A stretch of DNA of 64,000 bases from the NCBI GenBank assembly GCA_020137815.1, contig CM035360.1, positions 1,302,001 to 1,366,000 on the forward strand, written 5' to 3'. The notes below the pieces were generated by a model, which saw only the letters and a program-made list of their open reading frames with translations, was not told the DNA's origin and did no database searches. Both the position numbers and the translations under genes were made by a program. Shown here piece after piece: positions 58,584 to 64,000 of the stretch (the stretch's first letter is position 1; every line of letters starts with the position of its first letter). Origin of the DNA: Hormiphora californensis. Lineage: Eukaryota; Animalia; Ctenophora.

Positions 58584-59292
58584 CTTCAACAGAGAACTAT
58601 CCAAATCAGAGTTCACAGACGCGATGTGCCTCCGGTATGGCTTTGAAATCAACGGCCAGTTCTCTGAATGTGTATGTGGAAAACAGAATGGAGCAGACCA
58701 TGCCCTGAGCTGTAGCACTGGCGGGTATACTATCCTGCGGCACAACGAGATTAGAGATACCCTTGCAGATATTATTACCCATGCAGGATACAAGGGTGTT
58801 GAAATTGAGAAAGTGTTGCAGCCAGTTAACCCAGATGACTACCCCCGGAGTGTCAATACAGCACCTGATGCTCGCAGTGACGTGTATGCTATTGGGTTAT
58901 GGAGAGGACTACAGGGGGCCCACGTGGACGTTGCAGTTTTTCATCCCACTGCACCCAGTTACAGAGGAAAAGACCCAAAATCTCTGTATAAAATGAATGA
59001 AAGTCGGAAGAAGCGTGATTACCAACAACGAATCAGAGAGTCGGAGAGAGGGGCTTTCACCCCGTTCGTGATGGCTACCTCCGGTGGTGCCGGACCTGAG
59101 GCTGAAAGACTAATCAAAAAGCTAGCATCACGCATCTCAACTAAACACAAGGACAAATACGCTGAGGTGATTAATTTCTTGAGAACGCGGATACGGTTCT
59201 GTCTCCTCAGAAGTACCTTGGTCTCACTGAGGGGCACGAGGAAGAAGTTCACGACTCCACTTCCCATTGCAATGTGTGATTTTAATGACTGA
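58584..59292 (+). mobile_element. 5'-truncated non-LTR retrotransposon ORF end (zinc knuckle plus restriction-like endonuclease, CRE-clade-like)
   Basis: LSKSEFTDAMCLRYG...CVCG......HALSCSTGGY...RHNEIRD...RSDV...VDV....PTAPSY...E..KK..Y...FTPFV.ATSG..G.EA. No RT domain present, no introns. Confidence 0.75.
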
Positions 59293-59746
59293 CTTTTTAT
59301 TTGTAATATTTATTGTTTATTTGAGTGAGTGATTTTAAGATTTATTTATTACTAACCCCAACACCGGGGGCAAATGATCGAACCCAATGTGAATGAGACT
59401 CACCGCGATTAACTCTTCATACGGTTACCCCCTTTCTCTCTTCGGCAGCTTCTCTTTGGCTGCTGGAAAGTGATGCCAATCGGTGTTGGGGTTAGTGAAT
59501 TTTCAAAAAAGATTTTACTGACTGACTTTTTATTTGTAATATTTATTATTTATTTGAGTGAGTGATTTTAAGATTTATTTATTTATTACTAACCCCAACA
59601 CCGGGGGCAAATGATCGAACCCAATGTGAATGAGACTCATCGCGATTAACTCTTCATACGGTTACCCCCTTTCTCTCTTCGGCAGCTTCTCTTCGGCTGT
59701 CGGAAAGTGATGCCAATCGGTGTTGGGGTTAGTGAATTTCCAAAAA
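59278..59746 (+). repeat. Tandem duplication (~233 bp x2) of the retroelement 3' tail, each copy with a 16-bp inverted repeat and an internal hairpin
   Basis: 59278-59510 matches 59511-59746. actaaccccaacaccg ... cggtgttggggttagt occurs in each copy. Confidence 0.9.
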
Positions 59747-60264
59747 ATTTCTGGGTTCTGGGCCCAAAGTTGAAAATTTCTGTCTCATCGGTGAGGGCCA
59801 GGGGCGGCTCTCCCATGCGGACGATGCGGACGCGGACGCATTTTTACTTTGGATCACGGAGAGAAAAAGAAAAAATTCAAGGAAAAGGGTCAATTTTTCT
59901 CAAAATTTGATGTTTCAAATGAGATTTTTAGTGAAATCCGCACGCCACAGAGGTTTTTTTGCCGTCGCAATATTTTTGATCGGCGCGCTACGTCAAAATA
60001 GCCAATGCGGACCATCCGCATTGGGTATTTCGACGGAAGATCTTGTAATCTTGTAATTTCTATTCGACATAACTTCGCCAAAACTTAATATTTTTCAATG
60101 CGATTTTTTCCTGCTTTCTTATTTATCAATTCTTCACACATTCAACGCAGAATATACTCGATCAGCTTGATGGAACAGTTTGATAATTGCGTTTTAGGGT
60201 CTAAAACTGTCTCAAATTGCCAAAATTGCAGCAACATTGCAGAAATACAATTTCTCTGGAGTAG

Positions 60265-60371
60265 GTTACAAATCGAAACACGAGTGTTTTCAAGGAACCG
60301 GAACTGACGATCTAGCTCACGCTAGTGAAACATTTGTATTCCTTGAAAACACTCGTGTTTCGATTTGTGAC
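60265..60371. repeat. Perfect 30-bp inverted repeat with a 41-nt spacer just upstream of PTEN
   Basis: acaaatcgaaacacgagtgttttcaaggaa (60268-60297) and ttccttgaaaacactcgtgtttcgatttgt (60339-60368). Confidence 0.85.
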
Positions 60372-60445
60372 ATTAGATTTGTCTTTCTGATGTACAGTCT
60401 TGTACAGACCTCTAACTCTTTAACTCTCTAACTAGTGGTGCAGCC

Positions 60446-62917
60446 ATGACAAGTGTTATAAAGGAGCTGGTCTCAAAAAAGAAGCGACGGTTTGTTGCCG
60501 ATGGATACAATTTAGATTTGGCGTACATCAAGCCCAATATTGTTGCAATGGGTTTTCCAGCAAATAATGTGGAAGCCTGGTATAGGAATAACATCGAGGA
60601 CGTTTTCAAGTTAGTGTGACTTTGTGTTAGTGTGACTTTGTGATAGTGTGACTTTGTGTTAGTGTGACTTTGTGTTAGTGTGACTTTGTGTTAGTGTGAC
60701 TTTGTGTTAGCGTGACTTTGTGTTAGTGTGACTTTGTGATAGCGTGACTTTGTGTTAGTGTGACTTTGTGTTAGTGTGACTTTGTGATAGTGTGACTTTG
60801 TGTTAGTGTGACTTTGTGATAGTGTGAATTTGTGATAGTGTGACTTTGTGTTAGTGTGACTTAGTGTTAGTGTGACTTTGTGTTAGTGTGACTTTGTGAT
60901 AGTGTGTTACTGTTACTGTGACACCAGTTCGTCTCGTCGGATGTTTACAGGGTAGCAATCGAATCTCTGCTGTAAAAGTGATATGATTTATTAGAACACC
61001 CCCTCCCCCCTCCCCCCTAGAAACTTAATACTGAATATTTCTCCTATTATCCCTATTCCCTATCCTCATACTGAATCCATCTAAGCTTCTGACTTTTGGA
61101 TTTCGCTTTCTAAAATCCTCTGATTTCAGGTTCTTTGAAGAGAAACACTCTGGTCATTACAAGATCTATAACCTGTAAGTAGACTTTGAATAAAGAACAG
61201 AAACCGACCGACACAAGTAAACAACCAATCAGAGCTCCTTATTTAGATCACGTGACTGGTTATCAGCCAATCAGGGACCAGTATTTACTGATTCGGTCGG
61301 TTCCTGACAAAGAACAATGATCAGTTGATTGTTTCATATGCTTGTCAGAATATTGAAATTTAGAAGATTACTCTCTGACGTTAAGTTGATTGTTGTTAGG
61401 TGTATGTTGTGATAGTGTGACTTTGTGTTAGTGTGACTTTGTGTTAGTGTGACTTTGTCTTAGTGTGACTTTGTGATAGTGTGACTTTGTGATAGTGTGA
61501 CTTTGTGTTAGTGTGACTTTGTGTTAGTGTAACTTTGTGTTAGTGTGACTTTGTGTCAGTGTGACTTTATGTTAGTGTGACTTTGTGATAGTGTGACTTT
61601 GTGTTAGTGTGACTTTGTGTTAGTGTGACTTTGTGATAGTGTGACTTTGTGTTAGTGTGACTTTGTGATAGTGTGACTTTGTGTTAGTGTGACTTTGTGA
61701 TAGTGTGACTTGTGTAGTGTGACTTTGTGTTAGTGTGAACTTTGTGATAGTGTGTTACTGTTACGTGACACCAGGTCGTTCTAGTCGGAGTTTCAGAGGT
61801 AGCAATCGAATCTCTGCTGTTAAAATGATAGATTTTATGACATTGACTATCCATCCCCCCTTTCCCCTAGAAACTTAACACTGAATATTTCTCCTATTAT
61901 CCCTATTCCCTATCCGAATCCAGAAGCTTCTGACTTTTGGATTTCGCTTTCTAAAATCCTCTGATTTCAGATTCTTTGAAGAGAAACACTCTGGGTCATT
62001 ACAAGATCTATAACCTGTAAGTAGACTTTGAATAAGAACAGAAACCGACCGACACAAGTAAACAACCAATCAGAGCTCCTTATTTAGATCACGTGACTGG
62101 TTATCAGCCAATCAGGGACCAGTATTTACTGATTCGGTCGGTTCCTGACAAAGAACAATGATCAGTTGATTGTTTCATATGCTTGTCAGAATATTGAAAT
62201 TTAAAAAGAATACTCATCATGACGTCATAAAGTTGATCCTGCATCATAGTTAGGTAATAAAACATGCACGTCCCACGCCCTAAATGAAATGAGCTTTATT
62301 TTTCAGTCAAACTATTCTTCAGACAATTCAAAATTGTATCTTCGATACCCTGGTGTTCCATATATCTTACCACACCCTATAAGTTGTCCCCTTGTTACCT
62401 AATTCCCTCACTTCCTTACTTCCACACCCCCGTTTTAACCTTTTCCCCTCACTTCTCACAGGTGCAAGGAACGACAACGAAACTACGACAACAAGCGCTT
62501 CCCAAAGGTTGCCCATTTTCCCTTTGAAGACCACAACGCTCCTCCATTTCCCCTTATAAAACCGTTTTGTGAGGACGTGGCAGAATTCCTCGCGGAGGAT
62601 GAACAAAATGTGGCCGTTATTCATTGTAAAGCAGGAAAGGTAAGAGATAACATCTGTTAACATCTGTTAACTTAACAGCTCACAGAGTACAGACCCGCCC
62701 AAATAGCCCAAAATTCTGTCTTGGAAAGATCATTATTACAATATATTTGATATTTTGTACATTGTTCTATTCTCAGAGCTGAATTTTTAACGCTCTCACC
62801 CTCCCTCAGGGTAGGACAGGTGTGATGATTGTATCATATTTATTACACGAGGGCATCTATGAGCAAGTTTGTCCTGCGCTACAATTTTACGGGGAAGCAC
62901 GGACCTTTGATACTAAG
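60446..62917 (+). CDS. PTEN: PTEN phosphoinositide 3-phosphatase, first four coding exons (60446-60609, 61130-61174, 62462-62639, 62810-62917). Gene continues beyond the window.
   Basis: [39 protein letters not shown]...YRNNIEDV / [15 protein letters not shown] / CKER...FPFEDHNAP...IKPFCEDV...IHCKAGK / GRTGVMI...FYGEART. This has the PTEN N-terminal PIP2-binding motif and the HCKAGKGR P-loop. GT-AG junctions are in phase. Confidence 0.95.
60610..60906. repeat. 16-bp minisatellite (GTTAGTGTGACTTTGT)n, ~18 copies
   Basis: Direct tandem units starting at the PTEN exon 1 donor. Confidence 0.95.
61198..61306. mobile_element. ~110-bp MITE-like interspersed repeat (TIR cagRaaccgaccga / tcggtcggttcctg)
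   Basis: Terminal inverted repeats with the internal motif cacgtgactggttatcagccaatcagggaccagtattt. Confidence 0.75.
61410..61755. repeat. Second array of the 16-bp minisatellite
   Basis: Same unit as 60610-60906. Confidence 0.95.
61971..62016 (+). pseudogene. Duplicate of PTEN coding exon 2 (46 nt, one extra G) within an ~840-bp tandem duplication
   Basis: ttctttgaagagaaacactctgggtcattacaagatctataacct|gtaagt versus 61130-61174. Flanks, MITE and satellite are also duplicated. Confidence 0.7.
62039..62147. mobile_element. Second copy of the ~110-bp MITE-like repeat
   Basis: Essentially identical to 61198-61306. Confidence 0.75.
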
Positions 62918-63068
62918 GTGATTGTTTAAAGTGAGAGAGAACATCACTGATTTTTATTAAACGCAGTCAGAATTTTTTTTGGTATCTAATCAGCTAATTC
63001 GAAGTGAAAAAAAAGTTTACTACGCAAATCCTAAACAATCTAAGCCATGTTTGTGAACTCTACTATTA

Positions 63069-63190
63069 GACTGACACCGACCAACTGACCGACCAACTGA
63101 CAGATTGACTGAACGACCAACTGACAGATTGACTGAACGACCAACTGACTGACAGATGATTTGGCTGACTGATAGATGATTTGGCTGATA
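63069..63190. repeat. Degenerate GACT/GACA-based simple repeat in a PTEN intron
   Basis: gaccaactgacagattgactgaac repeated, and gatgatttggctga twice. Confidence 0.75.
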
Positions 63191-63619
63191 ATATGGTAAA
63201 ATATATTCCTGACAGTCAATATATTTTGTAATAGACATACTGAATGTGCACACACTGTTATTTAGTAGTGAAGCTTGCTATTCGATCACATACTATCAAT
63301 CTCAAGTTGTTCATTGAGTAGTGTTAGAGGGGGGATGGAGATGAGGGGGATCGAAGAGAGGGAGACTAGTCACTAGGCAGTACTCAGTAGGCGAGACAGT
63401 CGACAGAAAAGGCAGGTTGGAGGGATGATGCAGTATGAGAGTGCGAGAAGGTAGATAAAGAGTTTATTATATACGATGAAAATTAAAACGAAAAAAACTT
63501 TGTTGGCAGAAAGTTCCTTATTTGGGCAATATATTCGTAGTAGTTGCCATCATTCTGTTTTTCTCTGTTCATATCCAAGTTTCCACTTGAGTACACTTAA
63601 CACTATAACCTTTTCTTGA

Positions 63620-63770
<151 letters not shown>

Positions 63771-64000
63771 TTATCTTCTATCTACCTGTCTCTCTCATTT
63801 TCACATATTATGCGTTTTGCTCTAATGAAGCGTTAATTACGCCGGAAAGACAGAGAGCGATACAGAGAGAGAAAAACATAGTGAGATAGAGAGCGTATAA
63901 GTTGAAATACAGACGCTTTATACAGCAATAAGACATAGTGCTTTTCTATTTACAATGCAATTGTGCCAAATTAAAACGAAAACAAAAATTCTGTAAATAA

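Noticed and set aside
59366-59480. C/D-box snoRNA or tRNA-derived SINE (GGCA-AATGATCG ... GTGA-TGCC, with a minus-strand GGTTCGATC)
   Set aside because: The boxes deviate from RUGAUGA/CUGA, and I see no convincing guide, A-box or cloverleaf. Kept only as an unassigned structured module.
60610-61755. CRISPR array
   Set aside because: Contiguous 16-bp units without unique spacers, intronic, no cas genes.

Overview
Eukaryotic (animal) genomic DNA with GT-AG introns, microsatellites and MITE-like repeats. It is probably a cydippid ctenophore such as Pleurobrachia, judged only from my recollection of a ~110-bp interspersed repeat. The main feature is one giant + strand gene (3370-51876). Two micro-exons (3370-3380, 3563-3636), missed by the ORF track, splice in phase to give a signal peptide (MFARSIILLVALQVLQVLNA-KDTP...). 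A single ~48-kb exon follows, encoding a ~16,000-aa secreted, strongly basic, beta-strand-like repetitive protein with two kinds of Cys-rich modules and an acidic ESYxL-repeat tail. The 14 consecutive ORFs in the track appear to be pieces of this frame. Where paralogous repeats allow a check, the breaks are single-base insertions, most likely sequencing errors. Upstream lies the 3' part of an acidic, Trp-rich low-complexity gene. Downstream are a 14-exon tandem-domain tyrosine phosphatase with altered WPD and Q loops and a CaaX end, a 5'-truncated CRE-like retroelement with a duplicated structured tail, and the first four coding exons of PTEN.
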